Assembly: GCA_028355015.1 (NCBI GenBank)
Contig: JAOMRN010000003.1
Span: 151,740-215,739, forward strand
Origin: Methanobacteriota archaeon
GTDB lineage: Archaea; Thermoplasmatota; Poseidoniia; Poseidoniales; Thalassarchaeaceae
Direction of reading: 5' to 3'
Length of the DNA: 64,000 bases
Shown here: one piece after another, positions 56,301 to 63,982 of the stretch
How positions within the stretch are numbered: position 1 is the stretch's first letter
Layout: the number at the start of each line of letters is the position of its first letter
The notes under the pieces: model-generated
What the model was told of the DNA's origin: nothing
What the model saw: the letters and a program-made list of their open reading frames with translations, nothing else
Database searches by the model: none
Made by a program: the position numbers and the translations under genes

Positions 56301-59271
56301 TTCCATAATTGATCGTCAAGGAAATACATTAGCACCCAGCTTAATTTTCAAAATCGACGGACTTGACGACACATTTACAGTAATTAGTAGTTCGGTTGAA
56401 ATCGATGGTTCTTGGTCTGCGAATATCAGATTAGACTTGACATTCCCTCGAGGTTCTCATAACATTACTGCTACCTTCACTCCTAATGTCAATTATTATG
56501 AATCTAGTTCTGGAGATGGTTTCTTTGATAGTCGAGGCTATTCACTACTGACAATCCTCAGTCCTCTAGATTTAGACCCTGATAGTCGAGTAGTTCGTGG
56601 TCAAGAAATTAATATTTCATTATCTCTTATTGATAATTCGGCATTACCAGTCAGTTTAGTAGATTTAGATGTTATAGTAGATGGCTTAGTAGTGTCTAGT
56701 CTCATTACAGATTCCTTGGGATTGGCAAATACTTCTTTGATAGTTGATTCCACAAGAATAGCAGGTCCCATGGAAATCAGAGTAGTATTCTCAGGTATTG
56801 AAGGAAGTACTGGTCTTGTAGGTGATGAATCAATTACGAGAGTCATAGTTCTTGCACCAACGGTTATTGAAATAACAGGAGTTACAGGTTCTGCTATAGC
56901 GGGTGAAACAGTAACTTTCCATGGTACTTTACTCGACGAACATGGACAATCATTACTTGATCAGGGAATTGAAACTGGTGGTATAATTCATTTGACTATT
57001 GATGGAATTGATGTAGGTGCAATGTACTCTACTCAAAGTAATTATTCAACTGGAGAATGGTCGATAACTTATGATCTTCCTTTAGATACTGATTATGGTG
57101 CACATTCAATTCAAGCGGATTTCTTTGGTGGGTTTACTTGGGTTGATCCGATGGGACAAGGGGATTCGTTGAATCCCGAATACTATCTTCCTTCCATGTC
57201 TAATTCGATTTTTAATGTCACACAAACATCGCAAGTAGTTCTTACAACTCCTCCTGGTGAGATAGATCGAAACCAGTTGTTAACGATAGAAGGTATGCTA
57301 ACTGATGGTGCTGGAAGGACACTTCCAGGTAGAGCGCTTTCAGTCTACATGAATGACCAACTATTAACCGGACTTAATGTTGATGAAAATGGTAACTTCA
57401 GTCTATTTATTCCAGTTCCTTCAGATATGCCCCTTGGTCCAAGAATTGTAAAAATTATTTTTGAAGGAGAAGAATTTATTCTTTCTTCTAATTCTTCATC
57501 GGTGTTTATTGTATTTGCACCTACTGAGGTTTCAATATCTCCTCCCAATGCTGCTGCGGTAGGTGATAATTTAATTCTAAGAGGTACAGTAACTGACAAC
57601 TTACCGAATGGAGTACTAGCTAATCATTCACTTGAAATTTTTATTGATGGGGTATTGATAGGAATTACTACAAGTGATGAAAATGGTGATTGGAACCTTA
57701 ATTGGATGGTTTCTGAATTCTTAGATGTTGGTACTCACTTAGTGACAGTGAAGGCGCCTCAACAAGGATATTACCGTGAAGGAACTTCAGAAGTAAATTT
57801 GACAATAGCCTATCATTCTGGGATTTCACTTCAAGTAGATTCCAGTATTGTAACAAGGGGCGGTCAGTGGAACTTTACTGGTCGACTTTATGATGCGGAT
57901 TCTGATGGTTTACCTGGCCTAGATAATCGTGAGGTAATTATTTATCTTGACGGCCAAGAAATTGGACGGACAATAACTCTGGAAAATGGTTTCTATTCAT
58001 TCAATCATGAATTAGGTTACTCAATTGATAGAGGGGAACATGAGATATTAGTTGAATTCATAGGGGAAACATATTACCTTCCGATAGAATATAACATGAG
58101 TGTTTACGCTAGATCCGACATTAATCTTGAGATTCTCTGGATTTCAGAAACAATAATTCGAAGTGATGTTGAACACCCGATTAAGATTGAAGGAAGAATT
58201 TTAGAAATAGGCGGGGGAGGAAGCGTATTACAAGATATGGTTCTGACTTTGCATTGGCTTTCTAACGGTCCTGAAAATGCGAATCTAGAATGGGATGAAG
58301 CTACAGGGCATTTCAGAATACAATCTAATGCTCATTACCCTATGCCTCCTGGCCCTATTGATTTAGAAATAAGAGTTGAATCTGATTCTTCCAGATATCT
58401 AAATGGTGGTTCAGAAGACTTATCGGTTTCTATAATGGTCCCAGTTAATTTCAAATTCACTCCTGATAAGATTAAATTGGGTAAAGATGATCGAATAATC
58501 AGAGGCACTGTAAACGTCACTTCTACTGATTCATTTGAACCCGTTTCTAATATTTCCATGACTGCTTCTCTGATTAATGCATCATCTGGTCAAACTCACT
58601 TCAGAGTTACAGAAATGACTGACCAAGATGGCCTGTTTACTTATGAGTTCAAATCCATAGAAGGTCTGCCTACATTATGGAATCAAGACTTTTGGGGCGA
58701 ATTAAGTATTACTTTTAGCACCGATTCTTTGTTCATAGATCCGTCCAATAGAACTTGGTTAACAACTCAGCATGGAGGCATAGATATTGAATACGAACAA
58801 ACAGCAGAATCCTCGATATTCCAATCTTTATTCGTTGTAATATTATTTGTAATTGTAATTGTAGGTCTAGCAGGCAGTGCGTTATATTATCAACGCCGTA
58901 GAAGTGCTGCAATAGATGAATTAGCAGGGATATTTAGTTACACTGCTGAGCTTCTTGCTGCAGGAGACGAATTTAGGGAGGCAATATACAACTGCTATGA
59001 GAGTCTTTGTCAAATTTTAATGCGTAGAGGATTTTTACGTCGAGACTTTGAAACTGTCAGAGAATTCGAAATAGCTATTCGTTCTGCATTGCCAATTAGT
59101 GAACAATCATTAATTGCTTTAGATAGAATATTCGAAGAGGCTCGTTATTCTAGTCATGTATTAGGCGAGGGACATCGTCAAAACGCACAAATAGCTCTAA
59201 ATGCCGTATTACAAGAGATAGATCAATTACAAGAAATCCCTGTTAGAGATGATTATATTGCTTCAGAATAA
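50305..59271 (+). CDS. Giant (2988 aa) surface protein: TSP3-like DxDxDG repeats, transglutaminase-like domain, Ig-like repeats, TM, DUF4129-like tail
   Basis: About 20 DxDxDG units; YWR..TYD.YTG; GSCDQFA..FAVMLRHAG..SR.VTGF; many N-x-S/T sequons; C-terminal ETVREF...LDRIFEEARYS. Confidence 0.85.
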   Translation: MERSSLRVVSVNFTDRILLRKRRSAILFTSIMLLASYSAIEFGSWEALATSDDDGDGLTYGLEFIINTQPQDWDSDNDGLPDGWEWQYGLDPLSPSGINGSVGDPDSDAYTNLNEYLYGMPTGWDDLSTANVLDNGVWWNGTVPVRNWDEESAMQFSQGTGSDGADEDPVGNICFNTFDDDKDGLVDNFDPDGDGDADCSSDDDDGDGQIDEDPDGWDTDGDGMPDGWEVANGLDPTSASNLDGTYGDPDGDGLINLYEYVNPTWGTRNGSTTPPTQYFRPGPENMTATESPCNPVLGLGPGGCAIFTAEVDSITQTDPQNNDTDGDGLNDSYEALILLTDPTAIDTDGDGVNDGVEVNGAYGDPAQASDPRNNNTDGDQFDDGEEDINGNGIVDANETDPTRVEDQGDFDGDGIDNWEENLTCTKWDVADTDGGGVNDGDESAIGHQTDPCVSEIIIVKSVVNWNPASSTIQLNSSLDLDLSPSDWREELSPNAGLKPMAYFELSNGSTVGFRYSSVNLDTLTDVDVPMPATTVAILFSNNSWCWDTSVPLSEPHCDDDFLDSDGDGLADWEEILATWGYATDPSLFDTDGDGVDDLTEIFNETDPTNPCSNLLDTDEDGLNNYFENSTGCDLIFGFGGNGTTDTYFTLWDDADTDDGGVTDGQEYLDGTNPQNNSADDLNPMDSDGDGIPDTIEQAIGLDWLNPDTDGGGVPDGQECGPDFWILNCVGSDSDPFDPADDIDANMLMFTATNSTSVDLGLLRYWRWHTYDTYTGISFGVNTSLVGYRPVGDSNENGFTQGVSHISFWNDSELDDWVIEYMDSGIQPGDELIVPYNTVNWTSWSDFSAGLNFSNYTRDVLVDQATVDSVFISSPDIFFGPEIRENTTIFFGSDYAKDLPQSYIDRHSSVPNSITQAVLSDSGAFSAWEKVEAIQDFLINGNNTTTFLRNNDPAILDGFESESDGDITYVILNNTNEGSCDQFATVFAVMLRHAGFASRKVTGFSGGEWNGKSYEVYGSDFTTWVEVQMQTNQNQGNVTLGWVPFEACPPQALVEVTDEQWGPSTFDRDLTSGDIWLNGTLQFVDNATLAENVSITLYLVPGNDTNLVPGSAAKPMHLVANGSTDANGSFSLLGKPFDAINPGYGALVLQIFEKAYVGSQGISFDWRLNITDDANTSFSSPPPIEQPMLGVGVNSSVSGYLNLENSPYPDVSQIDSLQVVLNYTTVSDGPVSMISNIGTGGYYDFNIPISDTEPLGLINASISFLGWHEDDLNNATNPSYHIRPYSDSFMFNITPAPNLTLTLEGIDANNTFLDIDSPIFINGTALSIGNTPEELNGTLFLQIRRSSTNGPYQTIKSWYLNDSNWTTSPGQFNISWIFSASDVPIPAGPVEVKFQFDAEGLFANDQVSYLTEYGIRSNISVSYDLVPQSRGNQASVEITLTDHTNTSLGNFIGSYVLDFNGTSVWNITDPDIPKITPVWVPEATAPAGDYSWVLNFSGSTWLNPFTIVDVVRIQGQSGSTVNIGSEWTPRGTSNWVTGFAQDRNLQTPVIGNNSSVSVQILVPSDLPPLPDGSPPPDVSIRLGGGFIDTLTGEYNISFFMPEYVSSGVYELRVFLDYAVNAPVGGEYYKVSDADSISVGIQTEMIVENSPSSLIVVAGQSLILNATITDIADGSPIPDISADLIFDSGGPLEQTLETNITFTDGIVRYNPIIPANTPPGYYNLLVSAPDDISDNLTADNAGRWLGNESLSNLTVQVSSLIDLNPLSTEVAAGSVFTVSGQVLDAVDSNRTVDGPMAVEVFFLNDPSETLITNFVTTINGSFNITVPTDPLGDGVSSGIKTVVVSVIEDSSPFYLTGTGNDTILVRGITTFRDKTPLLNVVVDRGTNVTLGARLVESSNDDLALEGLDVSAEFHDTWLNEVTSNSQGLVNFTFFIPNDHPLGQIDVLMYFNGSSTLYNTLTLISTITVRSPTFITVDNITDNPAAGESFNVTGTLTSNNGSSIIDRQGNTLAPSLIFKIDGLDDTFTVISSSVEIDGSWSANIRLDLTFPRGSHNITATFTPNVNYYESSSGDGFFDSRGYSLLTILSPLDLDPDSRVVRGQEINISLSLIDNSALPVSLVDLDVIVDGLVVSSLITDSLGLANTSLIVDSTRIAGPMEIRVVFSGIEGSTGLVGDESITRVIVLAPTVIEITGVTGSAIAGETVTFHGTLLDEHGQSLLDQGIETGGIIHLTIDGIDVGAMYSTQSNYSTGEWSITYDLPLDTDYGAHSIQADFFGGFTWVDPMGQGDSLNPEYYLPSMSNSIFNVTQTSQVVLTTPPGEIDRNQLLTIEGMLTDGAGRTLPGRALSVYMNDQLLTGLNVDENGNFSLFIPVPSDMPLGPRIVKIIFEGEEFILSSNSSSVFIVFAPTEVSISPPNAAAVGDNLILRGTVTDNLPNGVLANHSLEIFIDGVLIGITTSDENGDWNLNWMVSEFLDVGTHLVTVKAPQQGYYREGTSEVNLTIAYHSGISLQVDSSIVTRGGQWNFTGRLYDADSDGLPGLDNREVIIYLDGQEIGRTITLENGFYSFNHELGYSIDRGEHEILVEFIGETYYLPIEYNMSVYARSDINLEILWISETIIRSDVEHPIKIEGRILEIGGGGSVLQDMVLTLHWLSNGPENANLEWDEATGHFRIQSNAHYPMPPGPIDLEIRVESDSSRYLNGGSEDLSVSIMVPVNFKFTPDKIKLGKDDRIIRGTVNVTSTDSFEPVSNISMTASLINASSGQTHFRVTEMTDQDGLFTYEFKSIEGLPTLWNQDFWGELSITFSTDSLFIDPSNRTWLTTQHGGIDIEYEQTAESSIFQSLFVVILFVIVIVGLAGSALYYQRRRSAAIDELAGIFSYTAELLAAGDEFREAIYNCYESLCQILMRRGFLRRDFETVREFEIAIRSALPISEQSLIALDRIFEEARYSSHVLGEGHRQNAQIALNAVLQEIDQLQEIPVRDDYIASE
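50455..52530 (+). repeat. Protein-level DxDxDG(L/V/I)xDxxE...GxDP calcium-binding repeats, in two blocks
   Basis: Examples DSDNDGLPDGWE, DTDGDGMPDGWE, DTDGDGLND, DSDGDGIPD; divergent at DNA level. Confidence 0.85.
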
Positions 59272-59275
59272 TTAA

Positions 59276-59752
59276 TCACATGAATGATAGTTCTATTATA
59301 CCATTATTCCAAGTTATTTTTTCTATCTCTTTGTTAGGTGGTAGCCTAAAAGTTCTAAGAAGGCCACCAAAAATTTCTGAAGAAATTATTTGTACGATTT
59401 GTGTATCTTCCTCGTATCTAGTTTGAAGGATTAAGTCACTCGGAGTCTCAGAGGGGAATGGTAAATTTATACCCAAATCAGTTTTTAATCCTCCAAATTC
59501 TGTCAAAATTTCATCAATAGTATCTAGGTCTCTTATTTTCATTTTTGTTTCTTCTAAATCTGTAGTCATACTTGAAACAATTTTTTCATGCTTTTTCTGC
59601 ACTTCTGCTAGGTGGTTTAGGTTTAGTAAAAAATTTCTATGCATATCTTGTGCATTAGAATTAAGACTATTTTCTGACGAATCTAAGGATATCCCTAGTA
59701 TTTTTTTATTTTCCGAGAGTTGTATCTCATGACGTCGCCACACATGGTCCAT
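59276..59752 (-). CDS. Hypothetical protein: coiled coil plus HSP20-like C-terminus
   Basis: Heptad-like central helix; C-terminal LRTFRLP......ITWNNGIIELSF resembles the alpha-crystallin end. Confidence 0.6.
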   Translation of the reverse strand: MDHVWRRHEIQLSENKKILGISLDSSENSLNSNAQDMHRNFLLNLNHLAEVQKKHEKIVSSMTTDLEETKMKIRDLDTIDEILTEFGGLKTDLGINLPFPSETPSDLILQTRYEEDTQIVQIISSEIFGGLLRTFRLPPNKEIEKITWNNGIIELSFM

Positions 59753-59792
59753 GTTGTTTCGAACATCTTACCTCAGATGAACCCGACGCTTC

Positions 59793-61820
59793 TTATCTCT
59801 CAATAGCAGGTTCTGGATGCCTTTTGAAGAAATTTTTAGTAAGTCTCCCTGTTCTATTTTCGTCGGGTGACTGAATAATATCTATTTTTTTAGGTAAGCA
59901 ATTCCGAAACTGTCTCATCATAATCCTTTTTTCTAATAATATTACTATGGCTCTGTCTCCTGATTTTCGGATAGGTCTCCCTATAGCCTGCATTATACTG
60001 TTTATCGCTGGCTGTGTGCTTGTATATCTCCACGCTTTGTTATTTCCAAAACGCTCAACATAGTACTCTTTCAAAGCATTTTGCCGTGCGCTAGGAGGGG
60101 CTAAAGGTAATCCTAAACAGATTACAGCATCAAGAATATTATTTGGGTAATCTACACCCTCAGCAAATTTACCGCTCAAAACTCCAGCAAGTAAAACTTG
60201 TCTTTTATTTGTTCTATATTCATGTAATTCATCTAATGTTTTTGTAATTTTTCTTTTTGGCATTCTATTTTCTTCTTCTCTAATTTCAATAAAACCGGGT
60301 AACCAGGTGGCGTCTCCGAGTATATCTTGTAGCATTGCATAACTTGGTGCGAAAAATGCGATATGTCCAGAGGTATTATTGACGACCGATAAAATATGTT
60401 TTCTTATTCTCTCAGTATTTTGAGGAGTTCTTTCAGTATATTTTGTAGTGACGTCTTTGGCTACTAAAACAGGTCTCTTATCCCCCAAAAATGATGACTC
60501 ATATTCGTTCATAATAATTTTCTTCCCCTTAGGTATACGTAATAGATCTGCATACATCTCAGGAGGGAATAACGTCCCTGACATTAGTATGGCCCCGTTT
60601 GTCTCGTTCAGTATTGGTCCTCCCACTACTCCTGGGTCTAACAGAAAACTCCTCACTCTTCCTTCATCGCTGAGTAAATCAAAAACTAATACTAATGCTG
60701 AATTATTTAAATATTCTAATATTATTGATAGCATATCTGCCAATCTAGTACTAGCGGTCTCTTTTTCATCATCGTCCTCATCTTGATCTACTTCTACTTT
60801 GTACAACTGTTGTATCATTTTTTTCAATATGGTGTAATTATTATCTATTTTAACCTCAATATCCTCATTTAATATTGAATCAATCTCTCCAATGAATTCA
60901 GTTGTTGAAATCTTCATATCATTTTTCCCAGTAGATACTAATTCTCCTTGCTTTTTCTTATACCAAATATTCATTTGTTTTTCCATTTTCTTCATTTGCC
61001 TAAGTGCATCTTGTATGTTTTTTAATTCGAAATTATCTTGAATTTCTGAAATATCTAGTTTTCTCATTATACTTTCTTTAGTTCCTAAGAACTCATCAAG
61101 TTCTAATCTAGCATCTCTGAATACTTTAACCGTCGCTCTTCTTTCTAAGCCATTACGGATTCTATCTGGTAGATTATGTGCTTCATCAATGATTAGAATA
61201 GTATTTTCAAGATTTATATTCATTGCAGGCAGAGAACGTTCTCTAACATCTTCAACGAATACATGATTATAGTCGCATACTAGTATGTCGCATTCCTTCA
61301 CTGCGGACCTGGCTGCAGCCCAAGGGCAAATCTTTTTCTTATTACTTGATTTTATCACCTCGTCTACATGTTTAGGACTTCTTAGAATGTATTCTTTCAT
61401 GTCATCTCTTCTTGATTGTCTAGTTCCCTCCACAATTCCTTCTTCACATGAGCACTTTGACGTCATTCGATCTACATTTTCACACATAGATTCTCTACCA
61501 ATAATATCAACAACTTTCACACTAGGTATTTCCCTATCTAATCTAGAATTGATATCTTTCACAGTTTCAATTACAATCTTATGTTGAGATTGCCTTCCCG
61601 TCAAAAATAATATATGTTGGTGATTTATATTGCTCCTTGCAATTTCTAATGCTGCTGCTAAAGATGCAGCAGTTTTTCCTATTCCAGTAGGTGCTGCAGC
61701 TAACAGGAAGCCTTGATGGTCGAGTGCATTTATTCCATCAGTCACCATCTTTTCCTGTGCAGGCCTCAACTTTTCGTGAGCAATAAATTTGCCGACTTCA
61801 GAATGGACCCCACCCGTCAT
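59793..61820 (-). CDS. xpd: XPD/Rad3/DinG-family Fe-S DNA helicase
   Basis: Q motif RPAQ, APTGIGKT, GRESMC..CSC..ICPW, IIDEAHNL, SGT, EGVDY, QAIGRPIR. Confidence 0.9.
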   Translation of the reverse strand: MTGGVHSEVGKFIAHEKLRPAQEKMVTDGINALDHQGFLLAAAPTGIGKTAASLAAALEIARSNINHQHILFLTGRQSQHKIVIETVKDINSRLDREIPSVKVVDIIGRESMCENVDRMTSKCSCEEGIVEGTRQSRRDDMKEYILRSPKHVDEVIKSSNKKKICPWAAARSAVKECDILVCDYNHVFVEDVRERSLPAMNINLENTILIIDEAHNLPDRIRNGLERRATVKVFRDARLELDEFLGTKESIMRKLDISEIQDNFELKNIQDALRQMKKMEKQMNIWYKKKQGELVSTGKNDMKISTTEFIGEIDSILNEDIEVKIDNNYTILKKMIQQLYKVEVDQDEDDDEKETASTRLADMLSIILEYLNNSALVLVFDLLSDEGRVRSFLLDPGVVGGPILNETNGAILMSGTLFPPEMYADLLRIPKGKKIIMNEYESSFLGDKRPVLVAKDVTTKYTERTPQNTERIRKHILSVVNNTSGHIAFFAPSYAMLQDILGDATWLPGFIEIREEENRMPKRKITKTLDELHEYRTNKRQVLLAGVLSGKFAEGVDYPNNILDAVICLGLPLAPPSARQNALKEYYVERFGNNKAWRYTSTQPAINSIMQAIGRPIRKSGDRAIVILLEKRIMMRQFRNCLPKKIDIIQSPDENRTGRLTKNFFKRHPEPAIER

Positions 61821-61869
61821 GGAATTAGACCTGAGAATAGAACGACCAAGAAGATTGGCCTTGAGGGGT

Positions 61870-61892
61870 GCTCCGTATGAATGATACGGAGC
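61870..61892. terminator. Perfect 9-bp hairpin, possible terminator or processing site
   Basis: GCTCCGTAT-gaatg-ATACGGAGC, 17 nt past the stop of the 69-aa minus-strand ORF. Confidence 0.5.
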
Positions 61893-61909
61893 GGTGTGTG
61901 TTTAGAGTA

Positions 61910-62119
61910 TCAGAGTAATTTTTCTCTATCTGTGACGCGATATTTCCCACGTTTTTCACGTGGAACCTCTCTTGCGTCATATCCTACTGCATTGCTTAGT
62001 TTTGCTCTACTACGGACTCCGGAGAACCCAATTATTATCTTAGATTTTGTAGATTGCACTTGGGTGAGGGGGCGTTTTTCCTGCCCCCCCACGTTTTTGT
62101 GCATCCCATCCTCGCTCAT
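61910..62119 (-). CDS. Small basic hypothetical protein (69 aa)
   Basis: GAGGTGA SD overlapping the upstream stop, ATG 4 nt later; MSEDGMHKNV...REKLL. Confidence 0.65.
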   Translation of the reverse strand: MSEDGMHKNVGGQEKRPLTQVQSTKSKIIIGFSGVRSRAKLSNAVGYDAREVPREKRGKYRVTDREKLL

Positions 62120-62123
62120 TCTC

Positions 62124-62495
62124 TCACCTCTGAGCGTTCGAATCATCATCAAATCGCGCACTAAGTTCATCCATGCGCTTTTGTAAAAGTCTAGTGACTG
62201 ACATACCCTCTATTGATTCTCGACGAATGTAGTCTCGGGCAGCGAATTTCAGTATAGTTTCAGGGCTTTCTGCATGTATTTTGCAAAAATCCCTCATTAA
62301 AATTGTTAATTCTGGTCCTAAATTAACTTGGACCTTTTCTCCATGTCCAATCAAGGGTAGTTCTAGTAATCGGCGTACTGCATCTCTAATCACGTCAGAT
62401 CGATTTCTCATTCCATCGAACCCAACTCTCTGATCGAGAGCTAGTAAGTGGTCCTCTGGAATCCTAAGCGAAACCATGGGGCTGTGACCTGACAT
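62124..62495 (-). CDS. Ribbon-helix-helix transcription factor (CdrS/CopG-like, two RHH-like units)
   Basis: VSLRIPEDHL..LD..V......NRSDVIRDAVRRLL; second unit KVQVNL...ILKFAARDYIRR. Confidence 0.82.
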   Translation of the reverse strand: MSGHSPMVSLRIPEDHLLALDQRVGFDGMRNRSDVIRDAVRRLLELPLIGHGEKVQVNLGPELTILMRDFCKIHAESPETILKFAARDYIRRESIEGMSVTRLLQKRMDELSARFDDDSNAQR

Positions 62496-62533
62496 ACTTG
62501 TGCCTCAGGCTAAGCAGAGAGCGTCAGGCACAT

Positions 62534-62579
62534 AAAGGTAATGCAAATGAAATGCAATTGAAATACAAAAATTACCTTT
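62534..62579. promoter_or_regulatory. Operator-like array: three 11-nt direct repeats inside a 9-bp inverted repeat
   Basis: AATGCAAATGA / AATGCAATTGA / AATACAAAAAT flanked by AAAGGTAAT...ATTACCTTT; next to a minus-strand TTTATG box. Confidence 0.55.
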
Positions 62580-62665
62580 TGTTTTTTTTTATTAATTTGA
62601 ATTTATGATCAATCAATAGAGCGATTCAATACCTTCCATCTATTCGAAGTGTATGAGGTAGAGTC

Positions 62666-63982
62666 GTGAAAGTCATTAATGATGCAATACATGGCCAATT
62701 CCGTATTGATGGAGTTAGGGAAGAATTACTCAAAACACCAGAAATGAATAAACTAAGTCACATCAAACAGTTAGGCTTAGCTCACCTAGTATTTCCGGGT
62801 GCTCATCATACTCGTTTCGAGCATTCTCTGGGGGTATCTCATATAGGTGGTTTAATGTCAGATTCTATTTCTCTAGATCCTCATGAGAAATCTACAGTTC
62901 AGGTCGCAGGAATGCTCCATGATGTAGGACATGGTCCGTATTCACATACACTTGAACACATACTTCATGAAAGAGGGGGGCTCGATCATATGTCAATTAC
63001 TGAAGGAATTATATTGGGGGAATACGACGTACTAAGAGAGGGTGAGGAAAAATCTGTTAGGAATCGTAGAAGTATACCTGAGATCCTAGAGTCTTTTGAT
63101 ATTGTTCCCAAAGAAGTAGCAGGTCTAATTCGAGGCCCTGGTGCAGGCGGTACTGAAAGAAACTTATTGCAATGGACGGAAGGGAAACAAGATTTTGTAT
63201 CTCAAGATAATACGTTATCGCATCTAGTTCATGGGCCAATTGATTGCGACCAAATGGATTATTTGCTGAGAGACTCTCATTTCACGGGCGTTAAACACGG
63301 CATAATTGATCACCATCGACTTATAGAATGTTTAGAGAGACATAGCGGAGATATAGCGGTTGAGGAAGGTGGGCTTCCTGCACTAGAAGGTATGTTGATG
63401 GCTCGAGGGTTGATGTATAGTGCAGTCTACTTCCATAGAGTCACCAGAGTCACTGAAATCATGCTTTCTAGAGCGGTTGAGAGAAGTATGGACAAATTAC
63501 CTGATTCAGTTGACTTGCAGAGAAGGGTTGATGCTGAAATTTGGGATGCATTGTATAACGCAGGAGATTATGCTAAGGATATGATTAGGAGATTAAAATA
63601 TCGCCAATTATTGAAAGTTGCTACAAGCCGTAGAAGGCAAGATTTAACTGATGAAATCATTGAACGATTAGTTGACTTAGCATCTAATTCAGAAAAAAGA
63701 ATTGAGTTTGAAAATGAAATTGCCAATCGTGCTGGTATTGAAGAAGGATATGTTGCAATAGATGTCCCCTCGGTCAAATTATTATTATCTGAACCAAGAA
63801 TGTCACAAGTCGACATTAGAATAATTGGGGATGACAAAAAAACGCGATGGTTTAGGGACCATACTCCAATAGCCGAAGCATTGAGGAAACGACAGGTGTC
63901 TCAATCAGCTGTTTATGTTATGACTATCCCGGGTTCCGAAAAGATTGTATCTCGCATTGCTGATGAATATATATTCTCATAA
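62666..63982 (+). CDS. HD-domain phosphohydrolase (SAMHD1/YdhJ-like dNTP triphosphohydrolase family)
   Basis: D.IHG, IKQLG..HLVFPGAHHTRFEHSLGV, LHDVGHGPYSH, DCDQMDYLLRDS, MYSAVYFH; GTG start with GAGGT. Confidence 0.9.
   Translation: MKVINDAIHGQFRIDGVREELLKTPEMNKLSHIKQLGLAHLVFPGAHHTRFEHSLGVSHIGGLMSDSISLDPHEKSTVQVAGMLHDVGHGPYSHTLEHILHERGGLDHMSITEGIILGEYDVLREGEEKSVRNRRSIPEILESFDIVPKEVAGLIRGPGAGGTERNLLQWTEGKQDFVSQDNTLSHLVHGPIDCDQMDYLLRDSHFTGVKHGIIDHHRLIECLERHSGDIAVEEGGLPALEGMLMARGLMYSAVYFHRVTRVTEIMLSRAVERSMDKLPDSVDLQRRVDAEIWDALYNAGDYAKDMIRRLKYRQLLKVATSRRRQDLTDEIIERLVDLASNSEKRIEFENEIANRAGIEEGYVAIDVPSVKLLLSEPRMSQVDIRIIGDDKKTRWFRDHTPIAEALRKRQVSQSAVYVMTIPGSEKIVSRIADEYIFS

Noticed and set aside
47071..59271. 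tRNA-anchored genomic island carrying the surface protein genes
   Set aside because: No integrase, no duplicated tRNA 3' end seen, and the tRNA 3' end faces folB rather than these genes.
59695..59766. Short out-of-frame minus-strand ORF (MFETTWTMCGDV...) after GAGGT, possible frameshift at an A-run
   Set aside because: Only 23 codons, SD spacing is too short, and the 158-aa ORF is intact with a TTCAT box at -29.
61881..62186. 101-aa plus-strand ORF
   Set aside because: Starts inside the hairpin and overlaps two minus-strand genes, one of which has a strong SD; the minus-strand reading is preferred.
59793..63982. DinG-like helicase plus HD protein as a type IV CRISPR or defence module
   Set aside because: The helicase has XPD-type Fe-S motifs, the HD protein is the common archaeal dNTPase-like family, they are divergent and separated, and no cas genes or array are present.
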